DNA of 47,088 bases from a virus. Its lineage: Duplodnaviria; Caudoviricetes. Position numbers and translations under genes: made by a program. The notes under the pieces are model-generated. The model was not told the origin of the DNA. It ran no database searches and saw only the letters and a program-made list of their open reading frames with translations. Each line of letters begins with the position of its first letter. The stretch's first letter is position 1. The DNA lies in IMG/VR virus record IMGVR_UViG_3300014613_000035, positions 1-47,088 of that record, one strand, 5' to 3'. Below, in pieces: positions 27,520 to 37,547 of the stretch.

Positions 27520-28709
27520 GCAAAGCATACACAATCTCCAATGCTCATCTCCATGTAGACCCTAGCGAGTCTGGTCTAGTTGGTGGATGGAACATGAGAC
27601 CCCAAGGGGGGCAAATAATTGACCTGTCACCCAAGGGGAACGATGGAACGATACACGGGGCACGATACGAGAAAACCCCCCTTGGTGATGCCCTGGTGTT
27701 CGATGGGGTGGATGATTATGTGGACATAGGGAATACTGGACAGACTGTAAAGGCGGTTTCATTTTGGCTCAAGGCCAGTTCAACAACCGAGGACATTATT
27801 GATTTGGACGGTGGTACACACACAATAGAAGTAAATGCCGGAACAATAACAGCTACAGGTTTCGACACCCCAACAATTTACACAAACGCTGTTGTCAGTT
27901 CAGCTTTGTCCGCAAATTTATGGCATTTCATAGCTATAACAACAGCCACTGGATTTGTTGCCCGTGATTTGGACATTGGTAGAGAAACAACTTACTTGGA
28001 TGCCAAAATGGTTGGCTTTAGAACACATTCCGATGAAAAAGCCTTGCCCTGGGTAACCCGCGAATACCAAAAAGGTCGCACTGCTCTTTTCAAAACCGAT
28101 TGGGGAGTAACTGAGAGTATCGCAGCGGTGGCCAGTGGCCCGCTTGAAGGGTCTCCTTTTATCGTCAACAGTGGAACCTTCAAAATCTCCATGGATACTA
28201 TCAACGGTGAGACTGTCAAAGCTATTGAGTGTGTTACCGGTGGTATCTGCTACGTGCCTACAAGTTACTTTCAACAGACTCCCACCGAGGCGGCTTTTGG
28301 GACTTGGGAGTTCTGGATAAATAAGGCGGCGGCTAGTAGTCTGAAAATATATTTCATTGATGCTACAACAGGGGCCGGAACTGGATATTATTTTGATTTT
28401 GCAGCTGATGAATCAATGGAGATTTATGAAGTTGGAGTTGGGTCCAAGTTTAAAACAGCTGTCAGTTATGCAGCGGCAAGTACTTGGCACAAGCTAAATA
28501 TATTCAGAACACCAGCCGGGGTTTGCTCGGCTTATTTAAACAATACGTTGATAGTGAAGAGCACTGGAGACAATCCGTTTACCGACATAACAACAACCAC
28601 TTCAAAATACATCGTGTTTGATTTGGATGCAGGCGATCTCATCGCATACGCGGACCCCAAGGGCAAACACAACATTGTGAAGAAGTTGTTGACAACTCCC
28701 CACGGCTAA
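27516..28709 (+). CDS. LamG-like domain protein; last codons supplied by the IS right end
   Basis: GLVGGWNM..DLSPKGNDGTIHGA..ALVFDGVDDYVDIG; ATGA overlap at 27516. Confidence 0.75.
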   Translation: MSKAYTISNAHLHVDPSESGLVGGWNMRPQGGQIIDLSPKGNDGTIHGARYEKTPLGDALVFDGVDDYVDIGNTGQTVKAVSFWLKASSTTEDIIDLDGGTHTIEVNAGTITATGFDTPTIYTNAVVSSALSANLWHFIAITTATGFVARDLDIGRETTYLDAKMVGFRTHSDEKALPWVTREYQKGRTALFKTDWGVTESIAAVASGPLEGSPFIVNSGTFKISMDTINGETVKAIECVTGGICYVPTSYFQQTPTEAAFGTWEFWINKAAASSLKIYFIDATTGAGTGYYFDFAADESMEIYEVGVGSKFKTAVSYAAASTWHKLNIFRTPAGVCSAYLNNTLIVKSTGDNPFTDITTTTSKYIVFDLDAGDLIAYADPKGKHNIVKKLLTTPHG

Positions 28710-29976
28710 AGTCGGGGGATTCCTAATTCACGGAGAACAGGGAGACAACATCGAAATGCTATCGCTGCTTACATTCTCTCCAAAGGCTGAAACCGCCAGC
28801 CCGGCGGCCAAGACGTTGATCGCCGCATTTCGATCTCTGTCATGTAAAGCGTTACACTTTGGACACGTCCAAGATCGAATATCAAGTGGCAACCCATCGA
28901 CTATGTGTCCACAACTTGAGCAACGTTTACTAGATGGGAAGTATGTGTCTATTCTGACAAATGTTCTTCCCGCCCAGGATGCTTTATACTCCAACTGGCG
29001 AACGAACTCGCCCCAACTGGCATCAGCAATGCACTTGCTCAATTTAGGATTGCGGATCATGTTCTTTACTTTCAGGGATTCAGCGCAAACAACTTGGTTC
29101 TCGTTGATTAGCTTGCGAGACAACTTGTGTAAATTATCCAACCGACAATCGGAGATTTTCGCATGAACACGCGCAACCTTCAGCCTTGCCTTGTCTCGAT
29201 TTCGACTTCCAAGTTTTTTCTTGGCGAGTCGTCTTTGAGCTTTGGCAAGTTTGGCAGCGTATTTCTTAGTATAGCGAGGATTGCCAGTCTTGAAGCCTTT
29301 GTCAGTAACGAACAAATCATGAATGCCCAAGTCAATTCCAACTATGGAATTAACAACGGGCAATGTTTTTGGTTCAAATTCACAAAGACACGAAACGAAA
29401 TACCGTCCCGCTGGATCTTTGGAAATAGTGATCGTGGACGGATGCGAGGGAAGATCGTGACTCCAACGAACGTTCAAAGGAGTCTTGGACTTCGCCATGT
29501 ACAAACGACCGTCAATATATTTGAATCCACTGCGAGTAAACTCAGCAGATTGGTGATCTGTTTTCTTCTTAAAGGTAGGGTATCTTGTACGCCCTTCAAA
29601 GAAGTTTTTAAAAGCTGTTTGTTGGTGACGTATGGATTGTTGCAAGGCAATAGAAGATACGTCATTCAGCCACAAATATTCAGGAAGTTTTTTAATGGCC
29701 GTGAGTTCGGCGCTGGCTTCCACGTACCCGATTTTTTCTTGGGTCTCGTAAAAGGCATCACAGCGCCAACGAAGAATCGAGTTGTATACGAACCGAACAC
29801 AACCGAACGTTTGAGCAAGCAATTGAGTCTGTTCACTCGTTGGGTAGAATCGGTATTTGTATGCTCGCTTATTCATGCCTTACATTATTTCATAGATTTT
29901 GTAAGTTGTCAACAAGAAAGGAGAGCGGCGATTCATTCCCATGGATAAATCCAGGGGTATCCTCGCCTGAAATTCG
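28689..29976 (-). mobile_element. IS200/IS605-family tnpB-only (IS1341-like) element
   Basis: Left-end hairpin cccctggatttatccatggg preceded by GATA; right-end hairpin ending TCAA preceded by GAAT; flanking TTCAT; no tnpA. Confidence 0.9.
28728..29876 (-). CDS. tnpB: RNA-guided nuclease TnpB
   Basis: MNKRAYKYRFYP; RuvC GIDLG / VCAESL / DRDRNAAIN all intact; CSSC..CPKC Zn finger; TTGACA promoter element inside the left end. Confidence 0.95.
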   Translation of the reverse strand: MNKRAYKYRFYPTSEQTQLLAQTFGCVRFVYNSILRWRCDAFYETQEKIGYVEASAELTAIKKLPEYLWLNDVSSIALQQSIRHQQTAFKNFFEGRTRYPTFKKKTDHQSAEFTRSGFKYIDGRLYMAKSKTPLNVRWSHDLPSHPSTITISKDPAGRYFVSCLCEFEPKTLPVVNSIVGIDLGIHDLFVTDKGFKTGNPRYTKKYAAKLAKAQRRLAKKKLGSRNRDKARLKVARVHAKISDCRLDNLHKLSRKLINENQVVCAESLKVKNMIRNPKLSKCIADASWGEFVRQLEYKASWAGRTFVRIDTYFPSSKRCSSCGHIVDGLPLDIRSWTCPKCNALHDRDRNAAINVLAAGLAVSAFGENVSSDSISMLSPCSP

Positions 29977-30510
29977 ATGAATAGTCTATCTTCACCTCCA
30001 ACTAGCAAATCCAGTTCAACTACTATTGAAATTAAGAATCTCAAGGAACAAGTTAACAAAAAAGCTGATGAGATCTGGACTAAAGATATGCTGAATATAC
30101 ATAGGGAAAGAATAGATGAAACTAAGGAAATTGCTTTAAATGTTAAGAATAAGTTTGATAACAGGCATTGCCTACAACAGGAGACAATAAGAGAGATGAG
30201 AAAAACAATACAAAGTATGAAAAATATAAAGTTCCTGGCGAGTCTTTCTTTTTTGATCATCATAGGTGGTGGGTTATTTCAGTTCTTTTCGTTGAAGAAT
30301 ACAGCGGATAATAATCAAAAAGCTGTGGTAACTGTTCAAGAATCTGTAAAGAAAATCGAAGTTGATGTTAAAAATGTTACTAATGCAGTAGAATCTCATA
30401 TTGAGAATAGTAAGAAGACTAAAACTGAAGAAGAAGAGAAAAGGCAGGAGCTATTGGAGGATATTTCGCAGGTAGTTAAAGTAGAGATTAAAAGGTCTCG
30501 TAGGATTTGA
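29977..30510 (+). CDS. single-TM coiled-coil protein
   Basis: Central hydrophobic helix flanked by coiled coils. Confidence 0.6.
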   Translation: MNSLSSPPTSKSSSTTIEIKNLKEQVNKKADEIWTKDMLNIHRERIDETKEIALNVKNKFDNRHCLQQETIREMRKTIQSMKNIKFLASLSFLIIIGGGLFQFFSLKNTADNNQKAVVTVQESVKKIEVDVKNVTNAVESHIENSKKTKTEEEEKRQELLEDISQVVKVEIKRSRRI

Positions 30511-30579
30511 TGATAGTTTTTCGTTTAAAGTAATTTATACTTGATGAGAAGTAACTATTATTAACAGAAAGGAAAGAAA

Positions 30580-30903
30580 ATGAAAATTGAATTTTTGACT
30601 CAGCTTATGGATTTGGATGGAGTAACTCCCCTATTAGTGAATGATACGAAAGAATTCGTAACAATGAGGAAAGCTTGTACCGTTGCGTTAAATGCTATGG
30701 ACCAGAATAAACCTCCGACTCCACAGGACAGGTACAAGCGGGGAAAGTTGGCTGAAAAAATAACTACTAATGATACACTAGACTTGAGTGTAGATGAGCT
30801 AAAAATGTTGAAGGACTTAATTGGGGCGGTATGGGGTCCTACTGTAGTTCTAAGGGCTTGGGATATATTAGATCCTCCCAGTGTTGAAGAACCGAAAAAC
30901 TAA
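30580..30903 (+). CDS. hypothetical protein
   Basis: RBS aaggaaag; AGTAATTTATA upstream. Confidence 0.7.
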   Translation: MKIEFLTQLMDLDGVTPLLVNDTKEFVTMRKACTVALNAMDQNKPPTPQDRYKRGKLAEKITTNDTLDLSVDELKMLKDLIGAVWGPTVVLRAWDILDPPSVEEPKN

Positions 30904-30932
30904 ACAATTTGTAGCAGATACGGTGGTAAATA

Positions 30933-32747
30933 ATGGCTGATGAATCTGATAAACTGGCAAATCAAATAAAAGAAACTCGGAAGAAGCTGAGTGCTTCCGA
31001 ACCTAGATTATTTACGCCAAATTCTAGCTCTATGAGGAGGCAGGCTATTTCTGATGTACTCCCAGAAGGTTCTTCATTAGCAGTACCCTTTGGAGGAGGC
31101 AGGAGATCCGCCAATTCATTTTTCGGCGGAAGTATGCCGGAAGGTTCTTCATTATCAGGGGGTTCTGGGAATTCTATGTATCATGCTCAGCGTCCTATTA
31201 TGCCAGAATTTGACAGCCCCGATAGAGAACAATACCCCCGAGATAGACAAAAAGCGAACTTCTACTGGAGGTTATTTCACAAGTACGATCCGATATTTGG
31301 CAATGCTATCGATATGTTCGCCGAGATGATTGTCAGTGATTTTGATATAGTTGTTAAAGGAGATGATTCTCAAACGATTAAGCAAACTTTGGAGTACATG
31401 TGCGACGAAGTTAATTTAATTGAAGTCATTAAGTATATAATAAAAGAATATCTGGTGATAGGTGAATGTATTCCTCAAAATTTCTTCTCTGAGGAAAAAG
31501 GTATCTGGACCTATACAGGATTCCATAACCCAGATTTCATAGAGATTAAAGACACTCCTATTATCAAGATGGACCCTATTATTAACTTTGTTCCCGATGA
31601 ATCTCTTCGGGCAATGTTAACGGATGGAACTCCTGAATCTATGGAACTCCGTCAAAAGCTCCCGAATCAGTTTGTTTCTAAGGTTATTTCCAGACAGAAG
31701 ATTAAATTATCTCCAGTCAATTGCTCTTTTATTGCCAGGAAGCTCCACCCTTATGATATTAGGGGTACTTCATTGGCTAGTAGGCTTTGGCGTATCTGGG
31801 TGGTTGAGGATGCCTCATACGCCTCGACAATAGCTACGTATAGACGTGCGGCGAGCCCCTTGAAGGTTGTTAAGCTCGGCGATCCTGCATCAGGTTGGAT
31901 TCCCGATCCTTCGCAGGAGGCAAAGTTATTGCAGCTTCTGGCTCAAGCGGAAATGGACCCGCAAGCTTTCCTCGTCTGGAATTACGGGATTAGCTACGAA
32001 GCATGGGGGAGTTCAGAGCGGGCTGTAAACATCAAAAATGACCATGACACTATAGAAAAAGTCAAACTTTCAGCCCTTGGGTTGTCAAAATCTTTTATGT
32101 CCGGCGAAGTATCGTTTGCGTCTGCCAAGAGCGGTTTACAGGTTTTTTTGAGGAGATTATTGTCGCTCAGGCAGTATCTAGATTCTACTTGGATTTCTCC
32201 CAAATTCTTTAGGCCAATTTCTGAAATGAATGATTGGAAAAGGGCTAAACCAAGTGAAGTTGCACATAATTATAGAATAAAGAGAACTGCTCAACAGGAT
32301 TTAGTAGAAGATGAGACTCGTATCATTATGCCCGAGTTAATCTGGAAAAACAAACTCGATCCTAAGTTGGATGAAGCTATGCTTTCGGCACTCAAACAAT
32401 TAGAAGGATTTGGTTTCAAGGTTAGTAAGGGTACTATCGGAGGTGCTGTGAGTTTGGATTGGAAGGAAGAGCTTGAGGCTCACTTGAAGGAATTCAAAGA
32501 AGAAAAAGATATAAAAGATGGGTTACTAGGTAAGACTCTTACAGAAGAATATGATGAGAAGAATCAACCTGCTGGTGCTAAGCCTCCTGGGGGTCCTGGG
32601 GCGGGCGCTAAGCCGCCTGGAGCAGATAAGAAGCCTGGTGGCAAGCCTTCAGATCCAGCGGCTATAGGGAGTAATGCGCCTAATACTACACTAGATGATA
32701 GTATTGAAGGTCCAGGAGAAGGTGGTCCTCCTGTAGAGATAGAGTGA
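30933..32747 (+). CDS. portal protein
   Basis: 604 aa; YDPIFGNAIDMFAE, EYLVIGE, RGTSL, ALGLSKSFMSGEVSFASA; Pro/Gly C-terminal tail; upstream of protease and capsid. Confidence 0.8.
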   Translation: MADESDKLANQIKETRKKLSASEPRLFTPNSSSMRRQAISDVLPEGSSLAVPFGGGRRSANSFFGGSMPEGSSLSGGSGNSMYHAQRPIMPEFDSPDREQYPRDRQKANFYWRLFHKYDPIFGNAIDMFAEMIVSDFDIVVKGDDSQTIKQTLEYMCDEVNLIEVIKYIIKEYLVIGECIPQNFFSEEKGIWTYTGFHNPDFIEIKDTPIIKMDPIINFVPDESLRAMLTDGTPESMELRQKLPNQFVSKVISRQKIKLSPVNCSFIARKLHPYDIRGTSLASRLWRIWVVEDASYASTIATYRRAASPLKVVKLGDPASGWIPDPSQEAKLLQLLAQAEMDPQAFLVWNYGISYEAWGSSERAVNIKNDHDTIEKVKLSALGLSKSFMSGEVSFASAKSGLQVFLRRLLSLRQYLDSTWISPKFFRPISEMNDWKRAKPSEVAHNYRIKRTAQQDLVEDETRIIMPELIWKNKLDPKLDEAMLSALKQLEGFGFKVSKGTIGGAVSLDWKEELEAHLKEFKEEKDIKDGLLGKTLTEEYDEKNQPAGAKPPGGPGAGAKPPGADKKPGGKPSDPAAIGSNAPNTTLDDSIEGPGEGGPPVEIE

Positions 32748-32782
32748 AAAAGTAATTTATAGTTAAGGAATGAGATGATTTA

Positions 32783-33805
32783 ATGGATGAAGCAGAACGA
32801 TTGTTGGACGAGATAAGTAGAGAAACTGAAAATGCAGGGACTGATTTTTTTGTTGGTGCAGGTAGCAGTAGGTTAGCTCAAAATTACAAGGTTCCTGAAT
32901 CATACGCCGATCAGCTTATGGAGAAATCTGATGGAGTAGAGATACCTATTCAGGATGATCTAGCGACATTTGAAGTAGAGAAGATAGAGATCACTAGCGA
33001 TGAGACCTACAGGATTTTATTTCTCAGCGGTAAAAAGAAAGCTTATAACCTCTTCGATTATTTGAGTATTAAGTCTATGCATATGGGCGGTGCTCCTCGA
33101 AAAGAGGAGGATCTAATTCTAAACGAGGATGATTTCCAGGTTATAGAAGAGTTGAAAATTCTTACTAAAGACTATTTCGCCGTTTATAGTTTGGCGATTA
33201 TGTATACCTATCTGGAGATGGGTATAGGTGAAGTACAGTTTAAGCAAAAGGATAACTGTCCTTTGTGTAAGGCGCTGGATGGGTCTATATCTGATTTGTA
33301 TAATACTATAAATTTGGTGTGTGCTGGGAATGGAGTTACTCACAGATACTGTGATTGTGAATTTCTGCCAGTTATCCGTAGAGAACAATCCTACGGGGTT
33401 TTGGACAGTAAGCTGAATACTACTCTGGAGGATGATAAAAACATTATTAATCTTCCTGTGGAGATGAAAGACAAACTACTTAGGCACGTAGAGAGTCTTC
33501 CTAATGATATTATAGAGTTCTTAAATATCCGAGAGTACATGGCCAATAACAATGTTGATGATTCTTCGGGTACTGTAGTTATAGAGGACGAAGAGGATAT
33601 TCTCTTTGTACATAATAGTTATGTAGGTAATTTAGGCCCTGTTGATTTCCTGGAGGCTTTTAGGAGAGATGAGAAGCATCTTTCTAAAGTAGATTTGAGC
33701 GAGTTGAGGGGTAGAGAAGTGCTCTATTACAAAGGTAAGAAGGTAGTAGAGCTTAATGGAAAATATTGGAGTCCTGATAGCGGGGAAGAGGTTAAGGACA
33801 TTTAG
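32783..33805 (+). CDS. MuF-like head morphogenesis protein
   Basis: CPLCKALDG...THRYCDC motif directly after the portal. Confidence 0.6.
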   Translation: MDEAERLLDEISRETENAGTDFFVGAGSSRLAQNYKVPESYADQLMEKSDGVEIPIQDDLATFEVEKIEITSDETYRILFLSGKKKAYNLFDYLSIKSMHMGGAPRKEEDLILNEDDFQVIEELKILTKDYFAVYSLAIMYTYLEMGIGEVQFKQKDNCPLCKALDGSISDLYNTINLVCAGNGVTHRYCDCEFLPVIRREQSYGVLDSKLNTTLEDDKNIINLPVEMKDKLLRHVESLPNDIIEFLNIREYMANNNVDDSSGTVVIEDEEDILFVHNSYVGNLGPVDFLEAFRRDEKHLSKVDLSELRGREVLYYKGKKVVELNGKYWSPDSGEEVKDI

Positions 33806-33807
33806 TT

Positions 33808-34008
33808 ATGAGCAGAGGACAAAATAAAGAGCGTTTGGGTTTTTGTGCAGTTTGTAATAAGGTTAAGCATGTTATAACTTTTAGGGGTATGAAGGTTTGC
33901 ACAGAATGTTTGTTGCGGGAGGCCAATCCTCCTACGGTTGATGAGTTTATCTATGACAATAGAAGCGAGAGTGATTATAGTCTTTCAGCAACATATCATT
34001 TTGAGTAG
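33808..34008 (+). CDS. small Zn-ribbon protein
   Basis: CAVC..CTEC. Confidence 0.6.
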   Translation: MSRGQNKERLGFCAVCNKVKHVITFRGMKVCTECLLREANPPTVDEFIYDNRSESDYSLSATYHFE

Positions 34009-34022
34009 AAGGAGAACAAAAA

Positions 34023-34145
34023 ATGTCATTTAAAAAATCTGGTGAAGCAGAAATGATTGGTAAGCCCATTGAAATCGAAAAGGATAAATCTAAAGATAAG
34101 AAGGATGCTAAGAAAAGTCTGAAGAAAGACGAAAAATCAAAGTGA
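34023..34145 (+). CDS. 40-aa Lys-rich peptide (not in ORF track)
   Basis: aaggag RBS; MSFKKSGEAEMIGKP...; GTGA overlap with the next gene. Confidence 0.55.
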   Translation: MSFKKSGEAEMIGKPIEIEKDKSKDKKDAKKSLKKDEKSK

Positions 34146-34462
34146 AATATTTTGTATTAAACGAGGGTGAAGCTCCTGTCGCCATTATCTTTTCTGATTC
34201 CTTTCACGAGGAGTTCTACATTCGATCCAAGGTTGAATCGCTATCTATAATCTTCGATGCTATTCGCAAACGAGATAGTATAAAATTGATTAAAGGTGCT
34301 AAGAATGTAGTTGCTAAGTTGAATGACGCTATGTGTAGTGTAGAAGTGCAGGTTAAGGCTATCATCGATGAAATTTGCAGTAGTGAGAGATGGCATTTAG
34401 GTGCTACAGGTGAGGCAGAATCGGAAGATTCTGTTATTTCTCAGTACATTAGCCAGGGTTAA
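34142..34462 (+). CDS. hypothetical protein
   Basis: GTG start coupled to the previous stop. Confidence 0.55.
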   Translation: MKYFVLNEGEAPVAIIFSDSFHEEFYIRSKVESLSIIFDAIRKRDSIKLIKGAKNVVAKLNDAMCSVEVQVKAIIDEICSSERWHLGATGEAESEDSVISQYISQG

Positions 34463-34598
34463 TTTAGTAGTTTCAATTCCTCAGATCGATCATTTTTTCA
34501 AGATTTATTTAACTTAAAAAACCCTAAAGTATAGTTGTAACTTTAATCCTCCTACTAAACTTATGTTTAATAATATAGATAAGCTTTGGTAGAGGTGT

Positions 34599-35528
34599 AT
34601 GTATAATATGTCATTTAGAAAAATTGCAAATTCAGAAATTCTCGGGGTCTCATACAAAGGGAACTGGAGAAAATCTGCTAGTAAAAAGTTTGCTTCTTTT
34701 TATATGGATGATGATGGGTTGGCAATAAACATAGAAGCAGCTCTAGATACTGTAGCTGATGTATATGCCATATCCAGAGATCCTAGTGATTATCTTTTAA
34801 TACCCACGAGAGCTAATTCAGCTAATAGACCTAATGATAATTTAGATGGGTGGACTTCCGAGGAGCTTCTGGAATTCGATCCACATATTGGCCGCAGGCG
34901 ATATTCTACTTATAACTTGAAACCGCATTATGTTAATCATCAAGCAGAGAATCCTAAGTTATCGAGAGGTGTTATTCTCGATTCTCACTACAACAACTTA
35001 AATGATGCCAGTGATGAGCTTCAGGAAACTTTTTTTAATGTAACAGGTAGAGAAATAGCTAAAGATGAATTTGTAGAGACTTTAATTGGTGTTGATACCA
35101 CCAAGGACCCAATTCTTGCTGAAGCTTATAGAAATGGGTCTACCAGATTATTCAGTATGGGTTGTGACGTAGAAGCTACCATGTGTAGTATTCCTGAGTG
35201 TGGAAAAGTGGCTACTACTGTATGGCAATTCTGCGATCATATAAAAAATAAACATGCTAGACGTCCAGTGGACTGCGAAGACGGTAATACAAGGGTTGCT
35301 CATGAGTGGTGTTTAGGCACTATTTTTGCTGAGGAATCTGTTGTTGATGTACCTGCAGACAAGGACGCTAGTATACAAGAGAACATTCTGAGTGTTTCTG
35401 AGATGGTGAATGGGCCGAATAGGCTCACAGCCAATCAGATCGAGGAGATAGTATCATTTGTAGCTAAGTATCCGAAGCAAATACCAGATTCTTTAGCTGC
35501 TGTTATAAATGAAGCTATTTCCCGTTAG
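34599..35528 (+). CDS. putative prohead maturation protease
   Basis: NDNLDGW, YVNH..SRGVILDS, FSMGC..CSI..CG; lies between portal and scaffold/capsid. Confidence 0.7.
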   Translation: MYNMSFRKIANSEILGVSYKGNWRKSASKKFASFYMDDDGLAINIEAALDTVADVYAISRDPSDYLLIPTRANSANRPNDNLDGWTSEELLEFDPHIGRRRYSTYNLKPHYVNHQAENPKLSRGVILDSHYNNLNDASDELQETFFNVTGREIAKDEFVETLIGVDTTKDPILAEAYRNGSTRLFSMGCDVEATMCSIPECGKVATTVWQFCDHIKNKHARRPVDCEDGNTRVAHEWCLGTIFAEESVVDVPADKDASIQENILSVSEMVNGPNRLTANQIEEIVSFVAKYPKQIPDSLAAVINEAISR

Positions 35529-35538
35529 GAGAAAACAA

Positions 35539-37542
35539 ATGGGTATGGATAACAAAATCAAGCTGTTTCAAACTGCAAAGAAAATCTGTGAGCGAGGTGA
35601 CATAAGTCTTAGTGCTGCCGATCAAAGGCGCATTGAGAATGAAACCAAAGAATTGCTTAGGAAGTCCATGTCCTATCGAGCGGCATCGGGTACTTCTAAG
35701 GGATTCAAGAGAGTTCTTTTCAGGTTAGGAAAAGCCAAGAATGCGGCAGAAGCTTTTAAAGTTGTTGCCCGTTATCTTGCGGCTGAAGAGATGTTGAATG
35801 TAGATATTTCAGACATCTTGGAAGAAGTTGAAGAAGCCGTTGAAGATATTGGAGAATCCTTGGAGCAGGCTGAAGAGGTACTCGGCGGTGGAGATAAAGG
35901 TAAAGAAAAAGACGAAGACAAAGGTAAAGGTAAAGGTAAAGATAAACCCAAACCAGAGAAGGAAGATGATGACGAGGATGAAGATGATGATGAGCTTGAT
36001 TTTGAGGATGGTCCACCTAAGAAGAATTCACCCCAAGAAGAGAGTGGAGATGTTCCTCCTCAATTCCAGATTGATAAAGCCAAAGAAGCTGTTGTGCGTT
36101 TAGCTCAAGAGTTCGATAAGAGCATGGATATGACCACGGATAAAGGTCCAGGCATGGGTAAAGGTCCAGGTAAAGGTCCAGGAATGGGTAAGGGTCCCGG
36201 CAAAGATAAAGAAAAGGGTCCAGGCATGGGTCAAGGTCCCGATAAAGAAAAAGGCTTCCCTGGTAAGAAACCTACGAAGCTAAAAGATATTAATGATAAG
36301 GACAAGGGAGAAGAGAAAATAACTGAAGACGAGATGGGGATTGAAAAAGGTCCTTCTACTGGAGGTGTTCTAGCCAGAGTAAAGGTTAGTATAACTCCAG
36401 ACAAGAACATTGTTGCTAGTTATGCTAATCAACCTTTGTTCTTGGCAATTCCCAATGCTGCAGTTAAGAAGAATCCCGAGAAGCTCCGAAGAGCGGCTAA
36501 TAAGGTTCTTGGTTTAGTTATTTACGACGGTCCCAAAGTTGCGGCTGCAAAATGCGGCGTGAAGCTCATGGCTGGAGTAGATGAAGATATACTCTTAGAT
36601 TCTCAGGCAGAAGTACCTGCTAATAAAGAAAATGTTACTGATAATGCTGAGACTGTCACCAGAGAAGAACAACCTGGAGATCCCAATACAGCTTTGGAAG
36701 AGAACGATACTGATAATGCTGACAAACCTGATAAGGTTACAGCGATCAGGAAGCGCCTAGAGCGGAAGAGAAGGGCTCAGCGTCGAAGGAGATCTGGAGA
36801 CACCATTCTCGATGATAACGAGGATCTTTCTGTAGCTACACCTGCTGCGAATCCAAATTCCTTGGATGTCACAGACGGTAGCGACACGGATACGGATACA
36901 AATTATTCTAAACCTTCAGATATGCTAGATGGTGGTGAAACTGACATTAAGAGTGTTGAAGCTAACTACAAAAAGCTTTATGCCAACAGAGCCAAGAAGG
37001 AAGCAGCCGAGAAAACTAAAAAGTTTGTAAATAGGTTTGCTCGTTGTATGAAGATTGCTGCCAAGAGAATGGCACTCAATCACGATGACAATCCCATGAA
37101 GGCTGCTGCGTTGGATATTCTAACTGCTGATAATGTTCGTTTTTCGGACGGTGAGCGTTTTGCTCCAATGGATTCCGTAACGGCCAAGGAAATAGTAGAG
37201 CTGATTGCTGCCGAGAGTCATGATAATTTCATTAGCCATTTGATGGAGAGAACTTCCAAATTGATGAACAAGAGTGAAGCATATCTGGAAGATGTAGAAG
37301 CCGATATGGAAACTCAAGTTCCCCGAGATGTAGAAGTCGAAGGTGAGTGTGGTGCTCCTCCTAAGAAAAGTAGGAAATCGGCCAAGCTTCGGGCAGCGGC
37401 TAGTGAAGGAAACTTTAACTTCAATCCCAATTTTGTAGGATCTGTGAAACCCAAAGAGCCGGTTAATCTTATCAGGGATGCCATGGGTAGTACCAAGATA
37501 GGTCAGAGGACTGCTAGGTTAAAAGCTGCAGCAGGAAGGTAA
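35539..37542 (+). CDS. putative scaffold / prohead core protein
   Basis: aggag RBS before ATG 35539; alternating acidic and basic low-complexity blocks, GPGMGK repeats. Confidence 0.6.
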   Translation: MGMDNKIKLFQTAKKICERGDISLSAADQRRIENETKELLRKSMSYRAASGTSKGFKRVLFRLGKAKNAAEAFKVVARYLAAEEMLNVDISDILEEVEEAVEDIGESLEQAEEVLGGGDKGKEKDEDKGKGKGKDKPKPEKEDDDEDEDDDELDFEDGPPKKNSPQEESGDVPPQFQIDKAKEAVVRLAQEFDKSMDMTTDKGPGMGKGPGKGPGMGKGPGKDKEKGPGMGQGPDKEKGFPGKKPTKLKDINDKDKGEEKITEDEMGIEKGPSTGGVLARVKVSITPDKNIVASYANQPLFLAIPNAAVKKNPEKLRRAANKVLGLVIYDGPKVAAAKCGVKLMAGVDEDILLDSQAEVPANKENVTDNAETVTREEQPGDPNTALEENDTDNADKPDKVTAIRKRLERKRRAQRRRRSGDTILDDNEDLSVATPAANPNSLDVTDGSDTDTDTNYSKPSDMLDGGETDIKSVEANYKKLYANRAKKEAAEKTKKFVNRFARCMKIAAKRMALNHDDNPMKAAALDILTADNVRFSDGERFAPMDSVTAKEIVELIAAESHDNFISHLMERTSKLMNKSEAYLEDVEADMETQVPRDVEVEGECGAPPKKSRKSAKLRAAASEGNFNFNPNFVGSVKPKEPVNLIRDAMGSTKIGQRTARLKAAAGR

Positions 37543-37547
37543 TTGAA

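Noticed and set aside
25589-28709. Diversity-generating retroelement acting on the LamG genes
   Set aside because: No reverse transcriptase and no adenine-specific TR/VR repeat pair noticed in the window
28756-29948. + strand ORFs 28756..29166 and 29163..29948 (also 9288..9653)
   Set aside because: Antisense shadows of tnpB with no recognisable motifs
36135-36265. GPGMGKGPGK repeats as a collagen-like fibre
   Set aside because: Short and not a sustained Gly-X-Y register; better explained as a disordered scaffold linker
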